This document shows, piece by piece, positions 25,950-38,494 of a stretch of DNA of 64,000 bases. The stretch spans positions 26,412,001 through 26,476,000 of the forward strand of contig NC_043001.1 in the NCBI RefSeq assembly GCF_006345805.1, read 5' to 3'. Within the stretch, counting starts at the first letter, position 1. Every line of letters begins with the position of its first letter. The stretch is from Octopus sinensis. Taxonomy: Eukaryota. Position numbers and translations under genes: made by a program. The notes under the pieces are model-generated. The model was not told where the DNA came from. It ran no database searches and saw only the letters and a program-made list of their open reading frames with translations.

Positions 25950-26290
25950 AAAACATACCTAAAAATACACAGGGGCTTAATCCAGGTGTGCTTCGCTAAG
26001 TCTGTTGCTAGGAGCCAGTGAGAAATGGTAAAATATCCGTCGATGAGCGGCAAACATCACATACATGGTCCGTGTGCCGATCGAAGACCAAAACAAAATT
26101 TTGAGTAAATGGCTGGTAAGAGTAGTCGGCGGGGAAGTCGGAGTGGCGGTCGCAGCAGCAGCAGCAGCGGCGGCGGTGGCTGTGATTAGAACTCTGTTTG
26201 TTGGTCGATGGTGGTGACGGACGACGACGACGACAGTGATATCGTAGAGAAATCACACGAGATCACACGATATTTTTATAGTTCCGCTTC
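25950..26290 (-). promoter_or_regulatory. Probable promoter and first non-coding exon of an unidentified minus-strand gene running toward or past position 1
   Basis: Local CpG-rich island. TATAAAAA at 26280-26273 lies about 30 nt upstream of a pyrimidine tract; (GTC)n/(GCT)n/(GCC)n UTR-like tracts follow. Candidate GTATGT donors near 26083 and 25957. The plus strand over 1-25000 looks A-rich, as expected for a minus-strand intron. No coding exon identified. Confidence 0.4.
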
Positions 26291-26749
26291 ATTCTGTATA
26301 CAAGGTGCGATATTTTAATTCAATTCTAGTCAGATGTACGTAAACATACATAAATTTACCCCCCAAAATGGGATTGCACTTTTCACTTCTTAAACCATAC
26401 TTTATTCCATTTGTAATAATCTATGTTTAGCCAAGAAAACATAAAAATATACAAAGTTACTTTTTACGCACCCGAATGATTGAAATGTATTTCTTTTCGC
26501 TTTCTTTTTTTTTTCATAATGTAATTAACAGGTGTTGTGTATTCGTTAACTTTTTTTATAAAATTAAACTTTACACATTTCAGTAACAAAAAAAAATATT
26601 GTGTAACTCGGTCTATCAATTGTTAAACAAAATTTATCTGAAATATTTTTATTGTTTTTACCTAGACAAGCATGCGTTTTATAGATGGGTCTTAAGGATT
26701 AGCTTAATTTTGTATATGTCTATTTTGTAAATATCTCTACAAGCAAAAC

Positions 26750-29670
26750 GTATGAGGTGAGACGCAGAAGTAGCCAGGCGCATGGCAAACCAGTGTCATG
26801 TGCTTCTGTATGTCAGCCACAGCTGCTGGTTCACCAGCCCAGCTAGGGATCCACTGGCTCTATTCGTCGAGTTGTGACAGCAGTTTGATTAGGATGTTGA
26901 CCGAATCTTTAGTATAAGGGGTTGCCAAATGAGATGTGGAACTTTGGAAAGGGACTGACGGGGGAGATATGTATCAATATGACTGAAAACTCTGCCCTCC
27001 ACATATTCATAGTGAACTTTGCAGTTCATCGTTTTGGGACAGAGGAGCCCAAATCCGTACTATCAATTTATGTGCCAAACCACAGGATAACGAGGTGGTT
27101 GAAAAGGCCACCCTAACAGACTTGACAGTCTTCAGGGAGGAGCTCCTAATACTGACAAGAACAGTCACAGGAAATAACAATAGGAGAGCTGTATTCCTGG
27201 TTAACCAAAGATTAATGCAGTAGATCCTCAGAAGAGAACTGGTCAATTGACCTGTTCCAAGGACACCATTAATGAGTGCTTAGAGCAACAGTGAGGGAGG
27301 GTCCAACCACCAAGTCTTTACAAGACACTTCTAAACATCAAGATCAACTGGATTTCTACTTGGAGTAGCCTTGCTTGAAAGTGAAAGTAGTTTGAAGGTA
27401 ATGATCTAACTTGGCACCAGGCCTAAGCAGACTCCCATAAAATGGTCTACAAGAACTAGTGAAAGGCTTTGGAAGGCCCAGAAGGTGATTTGATGGAGAG
27501 TTGCCTAATCATAGAGATGTGGTGAAGAGATATACATACCTAAAGAAGCGAGAGCTGAGAATATCAACCAATTTTGCATCATCCCAGTATCATCATCATC
27601 GTTTAACATCCGTTTTCCATGCTAGCATGGGTTGGACGGTTCGACCGGGTCTAGGAAGCCTGGATGCTGCACCAGGCTCCAGTCTGATCTGGCAGTGTTT
27701 CTACAGCTGGATGCCCTTCCTAACGCCAACCACTCCGCGAGAGTAGTTGGAGTGAAGATTTTTTTTCAATGTTGTGTCCAAGAGACTTTTCCACTTTCTG
27801 CTGAACAATATCATCATCAGCATATCAGTACAGAAGGGAGACATACCAGGAGTCCCTAACTGCCTTGAACACACAAGTGTACTGACATAACTCATCAAGG
27901 AGTAATGACAGGAAATAGAGGACCTGGTTGTTCTGTGGCTGGATTTGGCCAACACTGCACAATCTGGTTGAAGTTGTTCTAGAAAGACACTATATTCTCC
28001 AAAGGTAAAACTAAATCATCATGAATTATTACAGAGGATTTCTTCAGGCCAGCCAGTTGACATCTGACAGGCACCAACTAGAATTGGGAATAATCCACTG
28101 GGTGCACCATATCAGTGTGTCTCTTTGCCTTAAGAACAGCCAAGGAGTGACAGGGTCCTCTTAAGACAAGAGTAAGGCAACCATACATTAGTGTCAAAAA
28201 TAGTGCAGAAAGCTAAGTGGATCCTCTGGCAACTAAAGAAGTTTGTGGCATGGGAACATGAGTTTCAAACCTGCAAAATCCCAATGCATAGTTTTGAAGA
28301 AAGGATAAGTAGGTGGGTAGAGGAAAATCAGATTCCATTTGTCACAGAAAATCAGTGAAAAGTCTCAGAAAGGTCTTCAGTTACAATCTGGAGGGCATCA
28401 ATTCCATCAAAACAGAAGATTCAAGGCTTGGGTTTACCTTGAAAGATTATTCTAGCCTTTGCTTGTCTACAAAAGTCCCCATGACAGTAACAGAGGGCTT
28501 AGAGTTCATGGTGAGCAGCCACCTTTGCGATGCTCTTAGAGCACATTATACTATATATAAACAGTAACAAGCTAAGGTTTCTGTTTAATTGTCAGGGAAG
28601 AATTTATGGTGTCACGGGTATAAGAACATTTATAGGACACCAAGGTGTCTAGCACTGAGATTACTGTGAGAACAGGAAAGAAGCAAAATGTAGTCCATCA
28701 GGTATTTGAGCAGCCTTCCTTGGTGGTGTAGAACATGACAGGGCTGGATTTGAATGCTCTACAACAACTCAATATGACATGGTTAGCAAGGCATAGCAGG
28801 AGTTGTGCATCAGTGGAGGAAGAGTGGGCAAGCAAAGCAGTGACACTGTGAAAACAGTGCCTGGATGAAGTGGGAGCAGGCAATGGAGTGGAATATCACT
28901 TGACAGAACATCTGGAACTGGAACCCATAGAGGATCAAGTTCTTATCCTGTGCATCAAATCTATTTACATAAGGCATACCTGTGGTGTTCTAAGACAGGG
29001 ACCTTTAGACACATCATAAGCAGCTGCTCAAAGGCACTGAGTGAAAGATTCTATTATTGAAGACATGATCAGGTCCTCAAGATCATTGCTGAAGCAATCA
29101 ATAAGGGGATCAGTGACAGAAAAGCAGCCTTTATTGAAGAGGGAAAAGGGCTTACAAAAAGTCCCAAGAACAGCTCTGAGACATTACTTTCTGCAGCACA
29201 AGACTAGAGATAGATGTTAATCTGGGAAACAGTTAAAATTTCCAACACATATCACTCAGATCTTGCTGAAACTAGATACCATTTTGGTTTCCAACACAAA
29301 GCAACAAATACTACTGGAGTTAATTATACCCAGAGATGGAGGATGGAAAAGGCACCAGAGAGGAAGTAACATGCATTGGTGGAGAATGTGGTATTTACCA
29401 AGTGGTTGACAGTCAAGAATTTGTTTGCAAATCGTATGCTGAGTAAGGCCTATGAAACTCTGGACAATTCAATTTCAGGAGTGAGTAGAAGAGCTATCAA
29501 AATTAATATAGAGCCTGCTAAAAAAGCAATTGGCTAAAAAGAGGTATTGTTAGGGTCAATAGAAAGCTGTTTGGACACAGGTCTAGGCGTGATCAACCTA
29601 GGCCAACTCAACACCCAGTGACTCCAGGACATAACACTATTGTTGTATCCAAGTATTACAGTTGTAGATG
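26750..29670 (+). mobile_element. Decayed HERO-like (R2 superclade) non-LTR retrotransposon with restriction-like endonuclease
   Basis: DLVVLWLDLAN (27921-27953), ELGII-TGCTISV (~28081), HIISSCSKAL..Y*RHDQVLKIIAEAI (zinc knuckle/RHD, ~29010-29100) and KLDTILVSNTKQQILLELIIP (PD..E RLE, ~29272-29335). Many stops and frameshifts; interrupted by an RTE tail at 27588-27745. Confidence 0.78.
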
Positions 29671-30196
29671 TATGCTAAACTCATATAACTCTACAAGCAA
29701 AAATGATTCAACTCTTTAGCATTTGAATTGGCTATATCCAAACCAAATTTTCTACTTGTTTTATGTTCAAACTGGCCAGAGTTGGCCTCTCACACCTACC
29801 CTACAATGTCATTCTAAAGACAATCACATTGAAATCTCAAAACTATGGAATTACACATGATTAATTCAAAACCATGTGAATAAGCATTACATTTGATTGA
29901 GTAATCTGAATGTTAAGGGGTTAAAATCTAATTGAGTTTTATTGCAAAATAGATTTTATAATTTCTGTGCAAAAATTTATATATGAATATCAAGATTTGT
30001 CACCTCTTGAGATAGAAATCTCAAGAGGTGACAAATTGATTGTGCCTGGTAATCTTTCCAAATAATGCTTGGATATCTGGTTCCTGAAAAAGTTTGACAT
30101 TTGATTATTTTGTAAAACATCAACATTCTTGAATCAGAAAAGAACAATATAATGTGTGATCAAAGGCACCATGGATAGTGAAAGGTTGCAAATTAA

Positions 30197-30660
30197 TATT
30201 TTGCTGTGTCTGGGGAGAGTCATTCTCTTTTAGTGCCTCATTATTTAACACACTCACTGGTAAAGTTTCCACTCATTTACTTATTTATTTTTCCTAAAAT
30301 TTTCATTGCATCTTGCAACCTTTTCAATAGTCATTGGAACTCTCCATTCTTTTTGTTTGTTTGTGCGCATGTATGTGGGTCAGTGTGTGCATACACATGT
30401 ATGTATGCATGCATGTGTATATGTGTATGTATTCTGCATGTGTACCTCTGTCTCCTTGTGTGTGCATGCCTGAGTGTGTCTGTGTATGGGTTTTAGTGAC
30501 AATGTACTGTCTGTATATATGGATGTGTGTCTCCATATGTGTCCTTGTGAGAAGTGAAGTGTGTGTGTGTGTGAGTGGTCATGTGTTTCAGTCTTCATAT
30601 TACCTATGTACCTTTCCGTCTGTATGTCTATTCATTTACCTACATACATATACATATATG
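30197..30660 (-). repeat. Left arm of an inverted repeat (inverted pseudo-LTR) flanking the Penelope core
   Basis: Reverse complement aligns by eye with 31420-31890. Confidence 0.8.
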
Positions 30661-31320
30661 TACATCAGAAACATAAGGTTTGAGTATACAAGGGTGCTAG
30701 AAAGAAGTTAGATAACATTATATGTAATGAAACCAGTGGTACCTGCCCTAGATATAGAAGTAAAGACTGGAATAAAATACAAAGAGCTTGTGACAAAGCA
30801 AACAGGGTGAACATGTGGTACAAAACTGACAAATATCAAGGAGTGATGTTTGTAGAGGCCACAGCCCATAGAGAACTACCTCATAGATTTAGGAAAGCTC
30901 TGAGGGAGACCAAACTTAACATTAAGATTGTTGAAAAGCCAGGAAACTCCATCAGATCACAACTATGTAGGACATACCCCCTTTGAGAATACCATATGCA
31001 CCAATAACTGCATGGTGTGTAGGATTAACCCTGGCATTAACTATAGAACTAGAAATGTAGTCTACAGCATAAAGTGCATAGAAGGTGCTTGTAAAGACAA
31101 GAACATGACATACATAGGAGAGACAGCTAGGAGCATAACGAAAAGACTAAATAGACATTTGATACAATATGACAAAAACTTTCCTCCATACTCTATCAAT
31201 ATTCCAAGGATCAACATGGAGGCAACCTGGGTCAACTTGACATCCACATTTTATATAAGCACCCAACACTCAGACAAATACATGAATACGTCCTCATAAA
31301 TGAAACATCCTCAGTACTAA
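30660..31320 (+). mobile_element. Penelope-like element 3' part (linker + GIY-YIG endonuclease), Neptune-like, decayed
   Basis: GVMFVEAT..IKIVEKPG, C-x3-C-x2-C linker, RTRNVVYSIKC..C..TYIGETARSITKRLNRH. Confidence 0.8.
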
Positions 31321-31419
31321 ATAGGAAATATATGTAGTAGGTAATCATAACCCCAGTTTATATATATATATATATACCGGTAGAATAGTTAGTGGGCTGT
31401 TATATAAATGTATGTGTGT

Positions 31420-31890
31420 ATAAGTATATGCATGTAGGTAAATGGAAACGAATGTAAACATGTACGTACAGACGGATAGGTACATAGATAATATGAACAG
31501 ACAAGCACACACATGCATGCGAATGAAGACAAACACATGACCATATACACACACACTTCACACAAGGACACAAATGGAGACACATCCATACATAGATACA
31601 GTAGTTAGCAACAAAAGCCTAGACACACTCAGTCATGCACACACAAACATATGAATATGCAGAATGCATACAAATGCACACACATATATACATATCCACA
31701 CACATGCACACAAACAAGCAAAAAGAACGTCGCTCGAATAATAGACAGAGTCAATGATTATTGAAAAGGTTGCAAGATGCAATGAAAATTTTAGGAAAAA
31801 TAAATAAGTAAATGAGTGGAAACTTTACCGATGAGTGTGTTAAATAATAAGGAACTTAAAGAGTGACTCTCACCAGACACAGTAAAATAT
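31420..31890 (+). repeat. Right arm (putative 3' pseudo-LTR) of the Penelope element
   Basis: Inverted copy of 30197-30660; its distal ~130-160 bp recur at 53229-54030. Confidence 0.8.
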
Positions 31891-33779
31891 GCTTCAACAC
31901 ACGAACTCACATAAAGAATCTTGCAAACCAAATTCAAAATCGATGCAAATTAATAGTTACCCCTATAAATATTGATTTTGAAATTTTGGCACAAAGCCAG
32001 CAATTTTGGGGATGGGGTGAATTGATTATATCAACTCCACTGCTCAACTGGTACTTATTTTATAAACCCTAAAAGGATGAAAGGCAAAGTCAATTTCAGA
32101 GGAATTTGAACTCAGAACAAAGACATAAAATGCTGCCAAACATTTTGCCTGGCATGCTAACAATTCTACCTGCAATATTAATAATTGGTGCTATGCCTTT
32201 ACTACCTTTACTATTCATATTTATTTCTTTACTACCCATAAGGAGCTAAACACAGAGAGGACAAATGGATTAAATTGATTACATCGACCCCAGTGCGTAA
32301 CTGGTACTTAATTTATCGACCCCTAAAGGATGAAAGGCAAAGTCAACCTCGGCAGAATTTGAACACAGAACGTAATGGCAGACGAAATACAGCTAAGCAT
32401 TTCGCCCAGCATTCTAACGTTTCTGCCAGCTCACCGCCTTTACTATTCATATTATACATAAATGTCATGTTTAAAATAATGACCACCTCTTCACTAAGAA
32501 TTGTTTTATGGACAATCTTGTTATATACAAACCTTTAAGCAGTCAATTTAAGTTTCATCACTCTCAATCTTAATGCTTACATATTAAAACAAAAAATTCA
32601 ACATCACATGTGAATGAAATGTCAGAAAAACAAAATCATTTGTATACCTACTGACCTATTGTAGAATATGCTAGCATTGAACCCTTTAGCATTTAAACTG
32701 GCCAAATCCAGCCCAAATATGTTATCTGTTTTATAGTCAAACCAGCCAGATCCAGCTTATCACACCTACCCTTCAATGTCATTCTAAACATCAAAATTTC
32801 GAAGCTGAGATATTGCAAGATTAATTAAAAACCCTACTCATGCCAACATAGAAGGTGGACATTAAACGATGATGATTACTGTGAATAAAAAAGCATTATA
32901 TTTGACATCTGCTGACTTAAAACCAGCATGTTCTTAAGACAGAGACACAGATGATGCACCCAGTAGATTATTCCCACTTCTAGTTGATGTCAGTCAGATG
33001 TCAACTGGTTGGCCAGAAGAAACTCTCTGTAATAATCCATGATGATATAGTTTTACTTTTGAAGAACGGTGAATGGAACCTTAACAAAAAAAACTTGGAA
33101 TCAATACAAAACAATCAAATGGTACACCAAATACCTAAACATGAGCATATTAGTGATAGACTGCAGGCTGAATTGTTCAAGGGTTTAGAAATAAGATTAG
33201 ATATATGAGAGGGTAGTGCCATGGACAAAATATGGCATAGTGCAGTGGCATATAACAGCAGAAATGGTACCTTGAGTGTCATAAACCCTGAAGTTTAAAA
33301 AAATTGCAAACTTATTTATTTCATCTGCCAAACATTGGCTAAAAGCATCATGTACCTTTGGACTATGACTAAGAAAACCTGACAAATAGATGGTTAAAAT
33401 GAATAGTAGAATGTGTATACACTAAAAATTAATATATTTCTTACAATATCCTAGTTGTGACTGGAATTAGAGATTTTAATGAGTGGCAACAGAAGCCAAA
33501 ATCTGATAGACAGTTTTAGTCTTCTAATATAATTCCAGTTACCTTTAGGATGTTTTAAAGGAATATTCTTAACTGAGATGAAAAGGCAAAATTTACTTCA
33601 GCAGAATTTGTACTCAGAACGTAAAGGGACATAACTAATGACGGCATTCTGCAGCAATGCAAATCACGGAGCCTTCTCACTATCATCTGTTACACTTATT
33701 TTCAATTTGTGAAAGGCAATTAACGATATTCACCAGTAACTTCAATATCACCCTCTCTCCTTAACAACCACGTGTCGTA

Positions 33780-34270
33780 CTTATGCAAATCCAGATCCAC
33801 TGGAGATCTACTTTTCTATATACCAGTGAACTCTCAATGGCAAGAAATTTGATGAAAATGTTGCCTCAACATCAGCAAAATTTTGAACCAAGTCTGCTCT
33901 GCAAATCTATCAAAATTTTATGGATACGATCCAGTCTTCATCTCTTGGAACTAGCTTTCAATCAGATCACACTATCATGGTGTGCTAATGGAGCCCATTT
34001 TGTCCTACACTATCACTCTGGTATACCACAGGATTTAGATTTTCATATACATCCATACATCCTGTATCATGTTTAACAATGCCCACTTTTGCAGATGATA
34101 CCCTTCATTCCTCCCTAATTTTCTCCATCTATATACACCTGGATACTTCACACGAAATAAGGACTATTTCCATGCATGGAGGCTTTGAAAGCAATCACCG
34201 AAAACAATATCCAAGCAATATTCATATCAAGAAAATATAGCACCACATCCCTTTAAACAGTCTACAACTA
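33780..34270 (+). mobile_element. Old LINE RT remnant, similar to 23500-24250
   Basis: KSRSTGDLL, SGIPQ and FADDT motifs in broken frames. Confidence 0.58.
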
Positions 34271-34942
34271 GAGCCCTCATGCTCACTTATTTTTAAGCCT
34301 TACTATTACTGAGGACCTCTTTTGGTAAAAGCAGGTCCTTAACATTGGACCACACCCCAAAGACAAGCCCTTCTCGTCAAGTCCATCAGTTAGATGCCTA
34401 TATAGTGCATCTTTACTCTTGTACAAGTTGACAATGATACTTGTTACATTAGCTAGTGTATGACACCCACTTATATTTCCTGATTGTCTCATGACCCTAC
34501 TTCACTAAATATTTTAAGCATCTTAACTATTTCCGAGACCAGCTGCCTTATCAGATTGAACTTCAATGTTAGATTCCTGTCAAGTGTTGGAGTGGACCCT
34601 CTAACTTGCTTTCTCTTCATAATAGCAGATCCATGCCTCTCTCCAAGGTAAGGTCAAGTGTGTCATTATTCTGTACACTTTTTCATTATCTGTAGTACAC
34701 TGCCTTGTAGTCTGGAACACTTTGTACCACAAGGCATTGATCAACATCTTTGCCTATCTACCAAAGCATACCTGGCATCATTATGAAAAGTTTTCTATCT
34801 TTTCATTCAGGCCCGTCTCATATTTTATGCCTACTTACACAATTTATTCCACCTTGTCTGGTTGGTACCTGAATAACTGTTCTTCTTGATAGCATAAAAT
34901 TAACTCACAAGGCAGAGCCCTTACCCTTTATTTTTTTTTTTA

Positions 34943-35628
34943 ATGGAATCCCATGTTTTAGGCTATGGAGATTCCGATTCTGAAAAATTTTCAAAAATCG
35001 CAACTTCAAAGAGTAATTTCCTACAGTAATATGACAAAGTGAAATTAAAGTGTTCATTAGAGGAAATATTGAAGCTCGCTTCAGAAAAAATAATGGATTT
35101 TTTGAAAGCAAATGACATTATTTCCACAAGTAAAATGTGTTTGCACACACAATATAAATGAACACTTTAATTTCACTTCGTCACAGTATTTCTTTCCTAT
35201 TTTGACTTCTTTCTTCGCGAGTTTGCTGTTATTTCTGCACTCATATTTTTTTGTATCTTTCAAAAACAAAATGTTATATTACTGTAGGAATTACTCAAAG
35301 AAATCTTTGCAGAAAGGTGAGTAGATTGATTACAGTATTTGTCATAATGTTATCACAGTTTTGTGAGATTTGGCTGTTATTTCTAGCATGTGAATAGCCT
35401 GCTTGAAGACCAAGACCGTAAAATCGGGAGGGGGGGGGGTAATTATTTTTTTTTTTTTAGAAAGATTGAAATTTTGTAATTTTTTTTTTTTCAGAATCGT
35501 AATCTCCATATTTCAAAGAAAAAAATTTCCAGAAGTGAAAATTCAAGAAATGGGAGTGGATTTTGAAGTTGTGAATTTTGAAAATTTTTTCAGAATCAAT
35601 CTCCATAGCCTAAAACATGGGATTCCAT
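34943..35628. mobile_element. Fold-back MITE with ~70-bp TIRs and a nested inner hairpin
   Basis: ATGGAATCCCATGTTTTAGGCTATGGAGATT at both ends in inverted orientation; inner inverted repeat at ~35025-35060 and 35158-35190. Confidence 0.75.
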
Positions 35629-37398
35629 AAAAACAAGGGATGGGTTCCGTTTACATCGCCATGTGAGCCTTTATTTTATTACACCCCTTAAGATAGAATT
35701 GTATGAATAAATGAAAATTATATACACACACACACGAAAGTCTTTCAACCAGTGAACAGCAATATACTGTAGGTACAGGGACACCTAATTCACATTGGTA
35801 ACTGATTCGAAGCCATGGGAAGTCAATCCAAAGAGTCGTTCCATTTCTTTGATTAAAACTTTAAGCCACACACGTACTGTCATTATCGATAATTGATAGG
35901 TTGGATGAAGTGCTGACAAGGACAATGCTTTACATTCCTAAGCCTATATATGCTTAAGTGTATTTATAACTAAACGAAATAGTTACCTTACCTATTACTT
36001 TACTACCCACAAGGGGCTAAACACAGAGAGGACAAACAAGTAGACAAACGGATGAAGTCGATTATATCGACCCCAGTGCGTATCTGGTACTTATTTAATT
36101 GACCCCAAAAGGATGAAAGGCAAAGTCGGAATTTGAACTCAGAATGTAGCGGCAGACGAAATACTAAAGCATTTCGCGCAGCATAATACGATTCTGCCAG
36201 TTCACTGCCTTCAAAATAGTTACCTCACCAGCAATTAAATATACAAAGCAGTTGCTACAAATTGGTCTATCCATTTATACTACTACACTTTGTCCAACCC
36301 ATGCCAGCATGGAAAACAGACAAACGATAGAGTTTTGCTAATGACAGGGGAAATAACTTTGCATTTTACAAGATTTATGTTGCACTGGCTCTATTTCACT
36401 TTATTATTAATCAGTTGTATTTGGAAAAATCCTTTTGTTACCATTCATGACCAGCTCTCAAATAAGTCACCTGCACATCAATAATCTCACAAACCCAAGT
36501 TATGATGGTAACCTTGCCAGACTTGGACGTTTTCATACCTTACTCTTTGTTACAACACACTAAGTGACACATACCAAAAATGGAACCGGCTGTCAACACT
36601 AAAGACATGCATACAGAATTAATTTTAATCTAGTAATTTTTTATACAATTATTTATACTTTATTTCATGAAGTCACTGCCATTCTTGACAGCCCCCTCAC
36701 CAGTTTCCCAATTCAGTAATAATTAGTCTGATGATTGTATAAGTTTGTGTCCCAAAACAAAACTGTATACATCTTAAAAAACCTGACCTTGTTTCTTTTT
36801 CTATTCTAGGTAGCTATCTAGAATAAGAATTGGTCACTACTTTGAAACTCAACAGGTTAAGTCGCTTTCCATCATTCCTCTAACAATGCACTGATCTTGT
36901 GCTATATGATAAAGTAAACCATTATAAAACTAAGATTTTAATCAAATCCTCAGCTAGCATTTTGACAGACCTGGCACCAAATTATTTCCTTGTGAAACCT
37001 GCAGAACTTAATACTCATCCTGCAGTACAAAGACTTATGTAGCCACAACACTGAATCCCACTATAGCAGTAACCAAGCAAAACTATTAAGTACAAAGCCA
37101 GTCCTGAGGACGTCAACCTGGAACCATACAGTTTAGTACTTCAGTAGACTGACAATGACAAAAATAACCATTAAAATTTAGGGGCCAGTATGAAAAGTTA
37201 AACACTAACATATCTATTCAAGACCAACAGCAGAATCCTTAAAAAATTTTCCAGTCTAATAAATACTATCAAAATTATAGATAAAAACAAAACATCAAAA
37301 TTTTCAATTCACTTTTTTATTTTTTTCTATTTAAAACACGGCTTCACTCTCCTTCACCGAGGGGACCACCACAAATATTACATCAAACATGTAAGTTA

Positions 37399-37562
37399 TT
37401 AAAATGGTTTGTCCTCCTGTCTTGGTGCTGGTAATTTAGTGTGTGCCTTAGCCAAGAAGTCAGAAAATTCTTGGTATGGCGACCTGGTGAAAGCATTGTC
37501 CTTCCATAAGTCCGGTGTGAGGTAGGCATAGGTCTCTGCAATGGCGTTGTAAGTGGCCTTGG
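37399..37562 (-). CDS. RPS2: RPS2 last coding exon, (A)[20 protein letters not shown]...EDKPF*
   Basis: ttccag|CC completes the Ala codon; [10 protein letters not shown] motif; TAA at 37401-37399. Confidence 0.95.
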
Positions 37563-37649
37563 CTGGAAGAGAAACAGCAACCCATGAAAGTAATATTGAA
37601 ATTAGTGAGACTAATAATCAGAAGACATCAATTATTGATGTACACTTAC

Positions 37650-37809
37650 CAAAGTTACCCATGGTTGCTGTACAGCCTCTAGCTTGAGTGTATACGTCAT
37701 CAATTCCAGCCATATTGAGAAGTTTCTTGGGAACAGGAGCACTCACAATTCCTGTACCACGAGGAGCAGGAATGAGGATCACAGTTACACTACCACACTG
37801 ACCAAGTAC
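37650..37809 (-). CDS. RPS2: RPS2 coding exon 4, VLGQCGSV...TMGNF
   Basis: ttcag|GTA and G|gtaagt; 160 nt, phase 1 end. Confidence 0.95.
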
Positions 37810-37913
37810 CTGAAAGAGAAATATATATGCTAACATTAAATCTCCACTTCAAGCAAGTTTCAAAGATTTTCAATTTTGTATGTACTGAGTTGTGTTCAGA
37901 TCAAGATATATTA

Positions 37914-38105
<192 letters not shown>

Positions 38106-38198
38106 CTATATAAAAGAAAATGTTAAAATTCATGTAGCAATAAGCCACTTGTAATTATATTTCAAATACACCAAATTAATTTTAGCTTTTTGTCTTAC

Positions 38199-38306
38199 CT
38201 TAAATCTTGTTCTTTGACCAGCCCGAGTTTGTTTCTGTACAGGCATAATCTTCAAGACTTCATCCTTCAGGGTTGAGCCCAGGAAAAAATCAATGATTTC
38301 TGCCTC
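38199..38306 (-). CDS. RPS2: RPS2 coding exon 2, [10 protein letters not shown]...QRTRFK
   Basis: tcag|GAG and AAG|gtaaga; 36 codons with a conserved uS5 motif. Confidence 0.96.
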
Positions 38307-38494
38307 CTGATAAATAAAAAGCAATATTTGCATAATATAACTTTATATTAAAACTAAAATATAGACTGGCACATCTCAATTGATAAAATATATATATATA
38401 TAAACCTCATTAACCCATTCGTTACTGTATCTATTTTGAGACGCTGTTTCTTTCAATTACTTTATAACAAAGTTAGTAAAATAACTTCCACGGT

